DNA of 64,000 bases from Candidatus Gottesmanbacteria bacterium (GCA_963711735.1 CAVQFA010000004.1:4872-68871); one strand, 5' to 3'; shown: positions 18,515 to 29,118, numbered from the stretch's first letter. The notes: generated by a model not told the origin, from the letters alone. Numbers and translations: made by a program.

Positions 18515-18994
18515 TTATAACGAATACTCTTTGGTGAACTGGCTTGTTTTCCCTTCCGTATTTGTAAACTCAAGGACAAGCTCAATCTGAGACACTCCCG
18601 AGTCCGGTCGACACACGTTTCTCGAGCAGGTTCCGAGATAAATTTCACGTTCAAAGTCATTCTTCCCTGTTACATCGATAGGTTTGGAACCACTGTTTAC
18701 TCCTTTAATTAACCCTTGGGAATCATATGATAACTCGTAAGCAATCGACACCATAGATCCTTTCATACCTTTTGCCGTAACGACAACCGTATTACCTTTT
18801 GACGTACTTTTTTCTAACGTTACCGTTATATTCGGATCAAGCGGAATCATGTTCCGGTCAGGTGTTATTTCACTCCCTCCATCGGTATTTATTGAAGTGT
18901 TCTTTGCTGGTGATGATAGCGTTTTCCACACGAGAAATCCTGTTATGGTTAACAATAATACCAGAACTCCGAGTATGATCATCAATTTTTTCAT
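18515..18994 (-). CDS. Membrane-anchored hypothetical protein
   Basis: AAGGAGG SD 5 nt before ATG 18994; N-terminal TM (MKKLMIILGVLV...); beta-rich extracellular domain with LGTCSRNVC cysteine pair. Confidence 0.75.
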   Translation of the reverse strand: MKKLMIILGVLVLLLTITGFLVWKTLSSPAKNTSINTDGGSEITPDRNMIPLDPNITVTLEKSTSKGNTVVVTAKGMKGSMVSIAYELSYDSQGLIKGVNSGSKPIDVTGKNDFEREIYLGTCSRNVCRPDSGVSQIELVLEFTNTEGKTSQFTKEYSL

Positions 18995-19004
18995 AATATC
19001 CTCC

Positions 19005-20318
19005 TTACAAAAGCAAATTCTTAGCAATATATTCTTTCAATTTCCCTGAATGGATCCGTTCCTGTTTTGTCGTATCCCGGTTTCGTATAGTCACTGTATC
19101 ATCCGTGAGAGACTGAAAATCAACAGTCACACACCATGGTGTACCGGCTTCATCCTGTGCAAGGTATCGTTTTCCGATGTTCCCACGGTCATCCCACGCA
19201 GACGGAAAAAATTGTTTCACTTCCTTATAGATCATACCCGCTTTTGCGATTAATTCAGGTTTATTGGCAAGAAGCGGAAATACGGCAACTTTGTATGGTG
19301 ATAATAAAGGATTTATTGATAATACAGTTCTGTCACCGTCTTTCTTATACGCATCCGTTAAAACGGCAAGAAACATTCTCTGCACGCTTATGGAGGGTTC
19401 TATAACATACGGTATATATGTTTCACCGGTTACCCCGTCATGATAAGATAAATCCTTACCGGATGAATTCGCATGTGTTTTCAGATCATAGTCAGTACGG
19501 TTTGCGATCCCTTCCAACTCCTTAAATCCCCAATCAGGAAATTTGTATTCTATATCCCACGAATCAGCTGCGTAGTGCGCCCGTTCTTTGGGATCGTGTT
19601 GTCTGAAACGGATATTTTCTTTCCTAAGCCCGAGAGATACATGCCATTTCATTCTCTCTTCCTTCCAATATGCATACGCGCGGTCTGCGTCTTTAGGGTG
19701 TACGAAATATTCAAGTTCCATCTGCTCAAATTCCCTCATTCGGAAAAGAAATTTTCCCGGTGTTACTTCGTTACGGAATACTTTTCCTATTTGGGCGATC
19801 CCGAACGGTATGCGTACCCTTGTTGAAGAAACAACATTCGAAAAATTGATAAATATACCCTGACATGTCTCACCACGCAGATATGCTTCGGACGTTGAGT
19901 CTTCGACGGGACCGACAAATGTCCTGAAAAGCAGATTAAACTGCCTTGGTTCTGTCCATGTCACGTCTGATACACCATGCGAACGGTGATTTTTTTCGTG
20001 AGCCTGTATTTCATCCGGTTGGTCAGCCCGAAACCGTGCATGACATACTTTACATTCGATAAGAGGATCGGAAAAGGAATCGACATGACCGGATGCTTTC
20101 CATACTTCCGGATGGTAGATAATGCTAGAGTCAATACCGACAATGTTATCACGCATGTCAACGATATTTTTCCACCATGCTTCTTTGATATTCCGTGCGA
20201 GCATCACACCTAAAGGACCGAAGTCATAAAATCCGCCTATCCCACCGTAAATTTCGCTTGTCGGATAAACAAAACCCCTTCTTTTCGTTAGAGCTATAAT
20301 ATCATCGATATGTGCCAT
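19005..20318 (-). CDS. glyQS: Glycine--tRNA ligase, homodimeric alpha2 type
   Basis: KRRGF...EIYGG, ASGHVD.F.DP, YLRGETCQG, FRNE, REFEQME, ELEGIANR, PYVIEPS, IGKRY anticodon domain. Confidence 0.96.
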   Translation of the reverse strand: MAHIDDIIALTKRRGFVYPTSEIYGGIGGFYDFGPLGVMLARNIKEAWWKNIVDMRDNIVGIDSSIIYHPEVWKASGHVDSFSDPLIECKVCHARFRADQPDEIQAHEKNHRSHGVSDVTWTEPRQFNLLFRTFVGPVEDSTSEAYLRGETCQGIFINFSNVVSSTRVRIPFGIAQIGKVFRNEVTPGKFLFRMREFEQMELEYFVHPKDADRAYAYWKEERMKWHVSLGLRKENIRFRQHDPKERAHYAADSWDIEYKFPDWGFKELEGIANRTDYDLKTHANSSGKDLSYHDGVTGETYIPYVIEPSISVQRMFLAVLTDAYKKDGDRTVLSINPLLSPYKVAVFPLLANKPELIAKAGMIYKEVKQFFPSAWDDRGNIGKRYLAQDEAGTPWCVTVDFQSLTDDTVTIRNRDTTKQERIHSGKLKEYIAKNLLL

Positions 20319-20382
20319 ACCCCCAAATTGTATACAATTTACGGTATACGAACAATACGCATGAGAAAATCCCGGTGCCTAT

Positions 20383-20946
20383 TTACGAGGCAAATATTGT
20401 CCGGATGATTTTAGGAGTAGTAAGATGCCGCTCTGTAATTGCCTCTATATACGGAATCAGTTTTTTCGGAGGAATTGAATTTTCCCGTAGGGCAAACCCT
20501 AAATGTACCAGAAGCTCGTGCGCAAATTGTGTTGTAATTGTTATCAATTCTTTTCTGGTTTCAGTCTCTGTGACTTTCCGCAGCGTATCAGACAGAAGTA
20601 CGTATACTTCGTCATGAGCTTCATTCTCGGCTGTCAACCGATCAATAAGTTCGACGATAAAATACGCACAGGCAGTTTTTGTTAAATCAGAACCGATTGC
20701 ATCATTTCCTCTGATAGTTACTGCCTCACTTATCGTATCCAATCCATTCCCTTTATGTGCTGTAATCCGCGAAACACGAAATGATTCCAGATGGGATCCT
20801 CTCCTCGACTGAATTTTTCGGACACCCCGTGCAATAAGACGGATTTTTCCGTACTGTTTTGTATAAAGAGTTATAATTCTGTCTGCTTCTCCACGCGCGG
20901 TCCTTTTTAGAATAATTCCGTCAACGGAATAAATGTGTGAATTCAT
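20383..20946 (-). CDS. recO: DNA repair protein RecO
   Basis: GIILKR...GEADRIITLYTKQYGKI..IARGVRK..SRR..HLE; short form without zinc finger. Confidence 0.92.
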   Translation of the reverse strand: MNSHIYSVDGIILKRTARGEADRIITLYTKQYGKIRLIARGVRKIQSRRGSHLESFRVSRITAHKGNGLDTISEAVTIRGNDAIGSDLTKTACAYFIVELIDRLTAENEAHDEVYVLLSDTLRKVTETETRKELITITTQFAHELLVHLGFALRENSIPPKKLIPYIEAITERHLTTPKIIRTIFAS

Positions 20947-22934
20947 GGTGCCAGGGAGAGTTCGGTGTCGGACACGATGGTAAATTTAGTCCGTTCACTT
21001 CCGGCAAGCTTTACTGAATACTCAGTTCCTTCCGTGCCGGGTTGCTTCTGGATTAATATTTTATATTTACCGTCAATACGCTTTACGGGAGATGTATAGG
21101 TCAGCTCGACTTTTGCTGAACCCAAGGGAGAGACGATGAGAAATCCTTCAAAAACAGTTTTTTCCAGACTGTCGTAGGTATCAAGGGGTATGGGTTTTGC
21201 GTCTTTCGGAGATATTGTACCCCGACTATCCTTCAGTTTACTGCCCTTGGGAACATATATCCGAAGCCAATTCCGAAGAGGTGCATTGAGACATAATCCT
21301 CCGCTTTCCAGACCGCAATCAGATCCCGGATAGGGATTTTTGTATTCTATGGTAAGATTTGTTGTAGCAGTCCCGTCGGAATTGAGTGTTGTGTCTTTAG
21401 TCACTTTATCGCTGACAAACATATTGGATTTTGCTCCTGCCATGTTAGCGTTATTGATATGAAGATAATCCCACCCGGATCCTTCCTTGTACGATAAAAG
21501 TGCTGCAGTTTCATCTGCAGTCATGATTCTTCCGGCCATATTAAAATTTTCAATTGCTTTCTGAGATTCTAGGTCTTTGAAATACGCAAGTACATGTTTC
21601 CTGTTTATTTCCGAAAGCATCATTTGAAAGAGATTTCCCCAATATTTTGATGGTGATACACCGAGAGCTTTCTGCATAAGCTGCTGAAGAAGAACACCGA
21701 TTATGTCTTTTCGTGCTTCACGGACATATCCGACAGGTCTCGTTGAGTAATCCTCAAGCTCGTAGACAGCGCGGGGACAGTCACATCGTTTATCAATGTC
21801 TGCTGAAAATTCTCTTCCGTAGACATTCATGGGTCCGAGAATTTTGAGAGCTTCGACCAATACATGCGTGTCCACAGCAATGATTCCGTCAATTTTTTCC
21901 TTACTCGATGTCGTATTGTACATTTCTTCAAATTTCACCATTGAAATTTTAAAGTCGGGTGAAAGATTGGAATCCCGTATATTGAGTGTGTATACACCTT
22001 TGTGAAACTTTAAAATCTCCGGTGGTGCGGGAAATGTTTTTGTTTTTGCAGCATCCAGAGCATATATATCGTCTGCTTTTTCAAGTATGATTTTTCCTTT
22101 TACGATACGAAATCGGGCGTACGCGGTAATGAAACCACCGGTGGGACGAAGCTCTTTATCATTCTGAAATAATACGAGATACCTGCGCTCGTTGGGTTGT
22201 CCTAATATTGCCGGCAGACGGGTGAGGAGTGGCTGAGCATTTACAAATAAATTTGCGGCATTTTCAATTCCGTCTTTTGCGGATTTCATTTGCGCACGTA
22301 TGGGAGTACCACGGAAACTTACGGGGTAGCGATTTGGATCTATACTATCTATTTCTTTACGAATTGTATCGACGGATGATGCCATTTCAGCAATTTTAGG
22401 AGTCAATGCTTCCATGGTTTTTACAGCCGTCTGGATTCTCTCATCCGCACTTCCCGATACGAATTTACTTCCGCCTTTGAGTCCCAACAGATCCGCATTG
22501 GGTTCAAGTGCTTCAATTGCCGTATCTGCAGCATCTAAACCGGCTTTCGCTGCGACTAAACCGTGTTGTCCGTCTTTAATATATGCCCCGAGAAACGGTA
22601 TTTGGGATAAACCATTCACTTTAGCATATTCTTTTGTAACAGCATCCAAATCTTTCCTGGTTTGGGCAAGAGCCGTTTTCGTACCCTCCAAGTCCTGACT
22701 TTTGGCAGCAGATGCTGCGCTTTTTGCGGATGTTGCTAATACCTGCGCTTTTGCATACACACCCCGGAGCGGCAGAAGCGCAAGAGCAAGAACACCGATT
22801 CCGAAGACAATAATCACAAGAAATACAATACAAACAACAAGTATCGTCTTTACGGCCTTTCTGCCTTTACCGGATTTCTGTACACCTGCAGGTACCGATG
22901 TGTTCAGATTAATTTGTTTTATATCTTCCGTCAT
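20943..22934 (-). CDS. DUF4012-like membrane-anchored extracellular protein
   Basis: N-terminal TM and coiled coil; YLVLFQNDKELRPTGGF, RDSN.SPDF, DGIIAVD, N.AG.KSN, RIYVPKGS, QKQPG. Confidence 0.85.
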   Translation of the reverse strand: MTEDIKQINLNTSVPAGVQKSGKGRKAVKTILVVCIVFLVIIVFGIGVLALALLPLRGVYAKAQVLATSAKSAASAAKSQDLEGTKTALAQTRKDLDAVTKEYAKVNGLSQIPFLGAYIKDGQHGLVAAKAGLDAADTAIEALEPNADLLGLKGGSKFVSGSADERIQTAVKTMEALTPKIAEMASSVDTIRKEIDSIDPNRYPVSFRGTPIRAQMKSAKDGIENAANLFVNAQPLLTRLPAILGQPNERRYLVLFQNDKELRPTGGFITAYARFRIVKGKIILEKADDIYALDAAKTKTFPAPPEILKFHKGVYTLNIRDSNLSPDFKISMVKFEEMYNTTSSKEKIDGIIAVDTHVLVEALKILGPMNVYGREFSADIDKRCDCPRAVYELEDYSTRPVGYVREARKDIIGVLLQQLMQKALGVSPSKYWGNLFQMMLSEINRKHVLAYFKDLESQKAIENFNMAGRIMTADETAALLSYKEGSGWDYLHINNANMAGAKSNMFVSDKVTKDTTLNSDGTATTNLTIEYKNPYPGSDCGLESGGLCLNAPLRNWLRIYVPKGSKLKDSRGTISPKDAKPIPLDTYDSLEKTVFEGFLIVSPLGSAKVELTYTSPVKRIDGKYKILIQKQPGTEGTEYSVKLAGSERTKFTIVSDTELSLAP

Positions 22935-22991
22935 AAGTGAATATTCGCCAGTAGGTTAAATTATACGGATCATTCTAAATTCGTGCAACCA

Positions 22992-23630
22992 TCAGACGGC
23001 GCCTTTACCGGAAATCATCGCCCACGGACTTTTCAGAAGTATGGAAACATCCAATATGAGTGAACGCCGTTTAACATAATCCGCATCCATCATGATGCGT
23101 TTATCAAAATTTACTTCACTTCTGCCGGATACCTGCCATTGTCCGGTTATTCCCGGTTTCGCTGATTTCACAATATTTACCATTTCTTTCGTATGCGGAT
23201 ATTTTCTCTGCTGCTCAACGAGTTCATCCGGATAGTACGGACGTGGTCCGACGAGACTCATCTCGCCGCGTAATACATTTATAAGCTGAGGAATTTCATC
23301 CAATGAATGTTTACGGATGAACTTTCCGACACGGGTAACGCGCGGATCATTTTTCAATTTATAACTGTTATGTTTATATTCGTCATACAGTTTCTTTAGA
23401 TGCGGATCCGTACGGAGGCGTTCATGGGCATTTACGATCATTGAACGGAATTTAAACAGCTTAAACAATTTTCCGCTTTTTCCCACCCTTTTAGGGGTAT
23501 CTGCAAATACCGGTCCCTCAGAATCAATGATGATTGCAATAGCGGTGAGGAAACAAACAGGAAAAAATATAAGCCCGATTATCAGACTTCCTATAATATC
23601 TATGAACCGCTTCGATATATCGTAAAACAT
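22992..23630 (-). CDS. Priming phosphoglycosyltransferase (Bac_transf, PglC/WbaP C-terminal type)
   Basis: KRFIDI, FKFRSM, DPRVTRVG, SLDEIPQL.NVL.GEMSLVGPRP, KPGITG.WQVSGR. Confidence 0.95.
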   Translation of the reverse strand: MFYDISKRFIDIIGSLIIGLIFFPVCFLTAIAIIIDSEGPVFADTPKRVGKSGKLFKLFKFRSMIVNAHERLRTDPHLKKLYDEYKHNSYKLKNDPRVTRVGKFIRKHSLDEIPQLINVLRGEMSLVGPRPYYPDELVEQQRKYPHTKEMVNIVKSAKPGITGQWQVSGRSEVNFDKRIMMDADYVKRRSLILDVSILLKSPWAMISGKGAV

Positions 23631-23644
23631 ACGGACTTGGCAAT

Positions 23645-24727
23645 CTAGGTTAATTTTTCGTGTTTCGTACCGGATAAGCTTTCAACAAGTTTTTTTATCT
23701 TCGGTACTGACGTTTTTTTACATACCATGAGAACATCCGGAGTGTTAACAACCAGAAGTCCGTCGACGTCGATTGTGACAACCATTTGTTTCGTATAGTT
23801 ATATACCAAACTGTCTGTTGTATCGGATAGAATGCTCATCCCCTGCGTAACATTTTTGTCTTCGGTACTTTCAAGTGCTTCTTTCAGCGCCTCCCATGCT
23901 CCTACATCGCTCCATTCAATATTTTCCGATACTATATAAACGTCTCCGGTATCAAGTTTTTCCAAAATTGCATTATCAAAACTTATTTTTTCCAGGGTCG
24001 GATATATCCGTTCAAGAGTTTTTTGAAATGCCGGAGTATTATAGCTATCGGCAATCTCAGACAGTCCCTCATAGAGATTCGGTGCAAACTTCTTATACTG
24101 TTTCCATAAAAATTTTGGTGTTGTGACAAAATATCCGAGATTCCATGAGTGATGACCGCTTTCAAAATACCGGTTTGCGGTTTCCGTGTCAGGCCGGTAC
24201 TGATAATCAACAAGAGTGTGGAATGAAAAACCTTTATGGGTAATAACCGATTTCCCATATTCAATCCAACCTAAATTAACGCTGGCAAATCTCGGTTTTT
24301 GGGCTACAAGAACGATCTTATCGGGATTTTCGGAAATGACTGAACCGGCTGATGCCAGAATCTTTCTGAACAATGCATGGTTTTTCACAAGATGATCGCT
24401 CCAGAGAATCACCATAGGTTCATCCGGATCCATTGCTGCAAACAACGATGTCATAAGACCGACAGCAGGTCCGACATCACGTGACTGAGGCTCACCGATC
24501 ACGTGTCCGGGTGGAAGTTTTGGTAACTGTTCAGTAACGGTTTGGACATATGCTGCACCTGTAGAAATCCAGATATCTTTCCACCCGAATTCCGGTTGTA
24601 AACGTTCGGCTGCAAGCTGAAGTGTAGACTTGTCGCCTACAATTTTTTCAAATTGTTTGGGAGACTTTTTACGGGATAACGGCCATAGTCTTGTTCCGAC
24701 ACCGCCGGCAAAAATTACAGTTTTCAT
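23645..24727 (-). CDS. manC: Mannose-1-phosphate guanylyltransferase (no C-terminal cupin)
   Basis: AGGVGTRLWPLSR...PKQF, EP..RD, SDH, WN.G, ISFD.AILEK, WSDVGAW. Confidence 0.88.
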   Translation of the reverse strand: MKTVIFAGGVGTRLWPLSRKKSPKQFEKIVGDKSTLQLAAERLQPEFGWKDIWISTGAAYVQTVTEQLPKLPPGHVIGEPQSRDVGPAVGLMTSLFAAMDPDEPMVILWSDHLVKNHALFRKILASAGSVISENPDKIVLVAQKPRFASVNLGWIEYGKSVITHKGFSFHTLVDYQYRPDTETANRYFESGHHSWNLGYFVTTPKFLWKQYKKFAPNLYEGLSEIADSYNTPAFQKTLERIYPTLEKISFDNAILEKLDTGDVYIVSENIEWSDVGAWEALKEALESTEDKNVTQGMSILSDTTDSLVYNYTKQMVVTIDVDGLLVVNTPDVLMVCKKTSVPKIKKLVESLSGTKHEKLT

Positions 24728-25857
24728 AAATGAGAATGTTTCTTATGATACATATTAAAAAGATATTCGACAGTATGTTTCATGTCAGCTGTAAACGATC
24801 GTTCGTTAAACCGAATTGTGCTTTTTGAGATTTCATCTTCATTCATTTGCATTGTATTAAATCTGTCAATCGCATCCACAAGAGCATCAACAGACTGCGT
24901 ATGAAACAAAAGGCCCGTTACTTTGTCGTGTATGATCTCTGCAATACCACTATCTGCATATGCAATAACAGGAGCACCGAACATCTGCGCTTCTGCTGCC
25001 GCGAGTCCAAAATCTTCGTTTCCGGCGAAAATAAATGCACGGCACGATTTATAATATCGGACGAGTTCCGCATCTGTCAAATAATGATCAATAAATGTGA
25101 CGGTCGGACCGGCAATATTCCCAAGATTTTTCCGTTCATTTCCATCCCCAATGACAACGAGCGGGATACCCAATCTGGTGCATGCCGACACTACAATATC
25201 AAATCGTTTATAACGTACTAATCTGCCTGTAGTGAGAAAAAAATTATTTCTCTTTGAACGCACCTGTGCAAATTCTCCGGGATCAAGCCGTACCGGAGGA
25301 TAGATAACGGATTCGACCGGACGGTTATAATACCTGTTTATCCGTTTTTTTACAGTCCCGGAAATGGCAATATAAAAATCCGGACGATTCGATGCTATAG
25401 TGTCCCAACCCCTGAGCATATGTGCAGATATCCGAAGGCCAAGTGCCGGAATGCTTTTGGTTAAATCAAATCCGCGGAGTTCTGAATACTCCCGAAATCC
25501 GCTCCATAAATATCTCGTCGGAGTAAGACAATAACATATATGACACGTACCCGGCTTGGTAATAATTGCTTTTGCATCGGATGATGTCACGCTGATCACT
25601 AAATCATACGCATCAAAATTGAACGATTCAAATGCATACTCGGTCATCCACGGAAATAATTCATGATGGAGGCGTATATATGGTATATTATTGAGTCCGG
25701 ACGGAATAACCCGGAAACAATCAGCCCATGCAGTTTTATTCTTATCGTAGACGGCAGTATAGAGCGGAGCCTCGGGATAAAGTGCATGAAGGGCAAGAAG
25801 TACCCTCTCCGCTCCGCCCCACTTCACTACCCTATCGTATACGAGTGCTATGTTCAT
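24724..25857 (-). CDS. GT4 glycosyltransferase (WbaZ-like mannosyltransferase)
   Basis: GGAERVL, YCLTPTRYLW, IYPPV, GRLVRYKR, EDFGLAAAEA (Ex7E). Confidence 0.9.
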   Translation of the reverse strand: MNIALVYDRVVKWGGAERVLLALHALYPEAPLYTAVYDKNKTAWADCFRVIPSGLNNIPYIRLHHELFPWMTEYAFESFNFDAYDLVISVTSSDAKAIITKPGTCHICYCLTPTRYLWSGFREYSELRGFDLTKSIPALGLRISAHMLRGWDTIASNRPDFYIAISGTVKKRINRYYNRPVESVIYPPVRLDPGEFAQVRSKRNNFFLTTGRLVRYKRFDIVVSACTRLGIPLVVIGDGNERKNLGNIAGPTVTFIDHYLTDAELVRYYKSCRAFIFAGNEDFGLAAAEAQMFGAPVIAYADSGIAEIIHDKVTGLLFHTQSVDALVDAIDRFNTMQMNEDEISKSTIRFNERSFTADMKHTVEYLFNMYHKKHSHL

Positions 25858-27001
25858 ATATATATAAAGTTTGTTTTGCAGTTTTTATCCAGCTATACCG
25901 TGAAATATCCGCATGTTCACGTTTTAATATTCCCCTGTTTGATTTATTCCAGAAATCCAGAAGTATGCGGGAAAGATTTTCTACATCGTTAAGTGCGAAG
26001 TATGAAGGAGAGATTCCGAGTATCTCATGAAAAATAGGAATATCAGAAACGATTACCGGGCACCCTAAAGACAACGCCTCAAGCGGAGGCAGGCCGAAAC
26101 CTTCTGACAACGACGGTATTACAAGCGCAATTGCCTGTGTGTATAACCTCTGAAGAGTTGCATCGTCGGCATACCCATAAAAAATTATATGTTTCCCGTA
26201 TGGAGTTTTTTCGGCATATCCGCGCAGACGTTTATAAAAAAAATCATCTTTTCCGACAAAAACGAGAGAAGGTTTTTCCTTTAATCCGGAAAAGCTTTGA
26301 TTGAACGCGTCTATGAGAAATTCAAGATTTTTATGGGGGTACGCATTACCCACGTACAGAAAATATTTGTGCGGGATAATGCTATGTGTGTCCGAATGTA
26401 CAAATGTCTGATTATTCATGGAAATCTTTGTATCCGCATGGATTCCCGTCTTATTGTCCTGTTGCTTTATACGATCATCCACTCCTTCGTATGTGACGCT
26501 GATTTTGTTGTCCGGAATACAGAAATTGTCCATAATATCTTTTTTTGTAGTTTCGGAAACTGCAATAATATGTTGGGCTTTATGCAGGGATATCCAGAGA
26601 AGCATTCTGTATGCTATATATTTAAACCAATAGAAACATTTCGGTAATGTTGACGCTTTTCCGGTAGCATAGTGCAGAATGATCAGATCATGTATTGTCA
26701 CGACAATCCGTCCGGGATATAGAACCGGTACCGTAAAATACGGGATATGAAATACATCGAGCTTTTCTTCCATTGCTGCCAACGGAATTTGTATCTGTTC
26801 GGAAATGCTGTGCCATGGTGACGTTATAAGATGTGTATGCCAACGAGAGTTAGGGAGTTCTACATGACCATATGCATCTTTTCCTACAAATAACACATAC
26901 TCATTCCGTGTGTCCAACAATCCGAACTCTTTTACAATATTTTGTATGTACCTGCCGACTCCTGTCTGATATATGAGCCGTCCGTCTATTCCGATTTTCA
27001 T
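25832..27001 (-). CDS. GT4 glycosyltransferase
   Basis: MKIGIDGR, TIHDL, VGNAYPHKN, EGFGLPPLEA. Confidence 0.93.
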   Translation of the reverse strand: MKIGIDGRLIYQTGVGRYIQNIVKEFGLLDTRNEYVLFVGKDAYGHVELPNSRWHTHLITSPWHSISEQIQIPLAAMEEKLDVFHIPYFTVPVLYPGRIVVTIHDLIILHYATGKASTLPKCFYWFKYIAYRMLLWISLHKAQHIIAVSETTKKDIMDNFCIPDNKISVTYEGVDDRIKQQDNKTGIHADTKISMNNQTFVHSDTHSIIPHKYFLYVGNAYPHKNLEFLIDAFNQSFSGLKEKPSLVFVGKDDFFYKRLRGYAEKTPYGKHIIFYGYADDATLQRLYTQAIALVIPSLSEGFGLPPLEALSLGCPVIVSDIPIFHEILGISPSYFALNDVENLSRILLDFWNKSNRGILKREHADISRYSWIKTAKQTLYIYEHSTRIR

Positions 27002-27070
27002 AAGGTGTAGCACAAATACTTCTTGGCCTATTATAGCTGATTATCTTTCGGAAATCCTTTTTCTGGATGC

Positions 27071-27955
27071 CTAGAGGGAGAAATGTTTCAGGAAGAATAA
27101 TCTGACGGAATAGAAGGATAATATAACGAAAGATACAAGTCTTCCGTATTTTTTTTCAAAATGTTTACGGTAAAACAGTCTGTTATTTTCATGAAACTGA
27201 ATTTGTGCCTGAATCCGTACCTTTCTATTTGCATGTAATCGTCCGCTTTGCTTTTTCACATGCAGGCATGATATGGATGGATTATATAATATGGTAATCC
27301 CTTTTTCGTGCATCCGGTATGCCCAATCAAGATCCTCTGCATACATGAAATAATCTTCATCCAACATCCCTACCTTCTCAATTACTTCTCTGCGTATGAG
27401 AAAAAATGCACCTGACGGACTGTCTATTTTATGAGGGGTATGAAAATCTTTATACCCCTGGTGATATTGACCGAACAGTTCCGACTTCGAAAATAATTTT
27501 TCTAATCGTAAAAAATATGTAAAAGCAGCCCATGGAGTCGGAAATCCCCGATGACACGCAGGATCAAGCTTTCCGTCCGGTAAAACTAATCTGCATGTTG
27601 CTGCACCGGCATCCTTGTGTGAATCCATAAAAGCAATCATTCCGGCAAGTGTTTCATCTTCAACTTCAGTATCCGAATTTAACAGAAGAATGTATTTTCC
27701 CCGGGCTTTTCGTAAACAGACGTTGTTTGCCGCTGCAAAACCCGAATTTTCCTTTCCGACAATGACACGAGCGTGAGGAAAAAGGCTTTTAACCATTTCA
27801 GGAGATCCATCTGTGGATGCATTGTCATATACATATACATCAAAGGAATAATTTCCGAATTTAGAAGCGTACACCGATTCCAAACAATTCCTCAGTAAGT
27901 CTTTGGTATTGAATGATACGATAATGACCGAGAGATCTATCCGGGATTCACTCAT
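27071..27955 (-). CDS. GT2 glycosyltransferase (WbbL/rhamnosyltransferase-like)
   Basis: IIVSFN, DNASTD, GFAAANN, LLNSD, SGAF, YFMYAEDLD; ATGA overlap with upstream gene. Confidence 0.92.
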   Translation of the reverse strand: MSESRIDLSVIIVSFNTKDLLRNCLESVYASKFGNYSFDVYVYDNASTDGSPEMVKSLFPHARVIVGKENSGFAAANNVCLRKARGKYILLLNSDTEVEDETLAGMIAFMDSHKDAGAATCRLVLPDGKLDPACHRGFPTPWAAFTYFLRLEKLFSKSELFGQYHQGYKDFHTPHKIDSPSGAFFLIRREVIEKVGMLDEDYFMYAEDLDWAYRMHEKGITILYNPSISCLHVKKQSGRLHANRKVRIQAQIQFHENNRLFYRKHFEKKYGRLVSFVILSFYSVRLFFLKHFSL

Positions 27956-29118
27956 ACAGCGTTCTCCCATACCGTATTCAGTATACCGGCAATAGTATTC
28001 CAGTCATAGTTATGAACGACGTATTGCCTTGCCTGATGTGTCATTTCGGCAATTTCCTTTTCATGCTTCGTACAATATACAGCCCACTGGACTACCTGGT
28101 CGTCATTTTCTGCAATGAAAGCGTGTTTCTTATGTTCAAGCGTTAAACCGGCAATCCCTTCTTTTGTAGTTATAATCGGCAGACCTGACGCCATCGCCTC
28201 GAGCATCTTAAATTTTGTACCCCCTGCTATCTCCATTGGTGCAAGAAGAACGTTACATGAACCATACACAGAACGGATATCCTCTACGTTTCCTTCCCAT
28301 GACACCCCGTCTTTTTGAGATATTCTGCTTCTTATGCCTTTTCCGACGATACGCAGCTTAGCGTGCGGAAGGATTTGTCTTATACGCGGCCAGATTGACG
28401 ATTGAATTTTTTCGGCTGCGTTTCTGTTGGGAAGCCATAACATATTACCGGTGAACAAAAACGTAAAATCGTTATCCGTCCGTTTTCCGGATTTATACTG
28501 GAAATATCGCGTATCGACGCCATTTGGCACCACCGTTATGGGAGTATGAGGAACTATGGATGAAAGCGTGCTTTTGTCGCTTTGGGATACTGTCACTATC
28601 AAATCCGCGCGCTTCATACATTCCCTTTCGGTATTCCGGATACGCTTTGCTTCTGTACGCATAAGCGCTGCGAACGGCTCTCTGAGTGTCGATGCATACT
28701 TTTCATACACCTCATACTCAACGTTATGCTCAGAAACAATAAGCGGTATGGGTGTTTTCGGAACTGATAGGAAGACATAAAACGGCTCGATGTGTATAAG
28801 GTCAAACTCCTTCCGGGTAACTGCCTCATTTATATAGTCATACATATCCGAATGGGTATATGATGCTGTGAGTAATGATTGACCGTTTAAAAACCGGAGG
28901 ATGTATACAGGTCGAAATCGTTTTCCGCGGTAAAAGAAACGTACATCTTTACAGAAATTCAGATTTGATCGCAATTCTTTTTCTTTTTCATTCCGTATAA
29001 ATGCAGCGAGAGTAATAGTGTGCTTACGTGATAAGCACTTCAGAAGATTATATATGCGCACCTGACCGCCCGAATGAAGCGGGTACGGAAAAAGTGCTGA
29101 TACATAGAGAACGTTCAT
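27952..29118 (-). CDS. GT4 glycosyltransferase
   Basis: FPYPLHSGG, HNVEY, VPNGVD, GGTKFKMLEAMA. Confidence 0.9.
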   Translation of the reverse strand: MNVLYVSALFPYPLHSGGQVRIYNLLKCLSRKHTITLAAFIRNEKEKELRSNLNFCKDVRFFYRGKRFRPVYILRFLNGQSLLTASYTHSDMYDYINEAVTRKEFDLIHIEPFYVFLSVPKTPIPLIVSEHNVEYEVYEKYASTLREPFAALMRTEAKRIRNTERECMKRADLIVTVSQSDKSTLSSIVPHTPITVVPNGVDTRYFQYKSGKRTDNDFTFLFTGNMLWLPNRNAAEKIQSSIWPRIRQILPHAKLRIVGKGIRSRISQKDGVSWEGNVEDIRSVYGSCNVLLAPMEIAGGTKFKMLEAMASGLPIITTKEGIAGLTLEHKKHAFIAENDDQVVQWAVYCTKHEKEIAEMTHQARQYVVHNYDWNTIAGILNTVWENAV

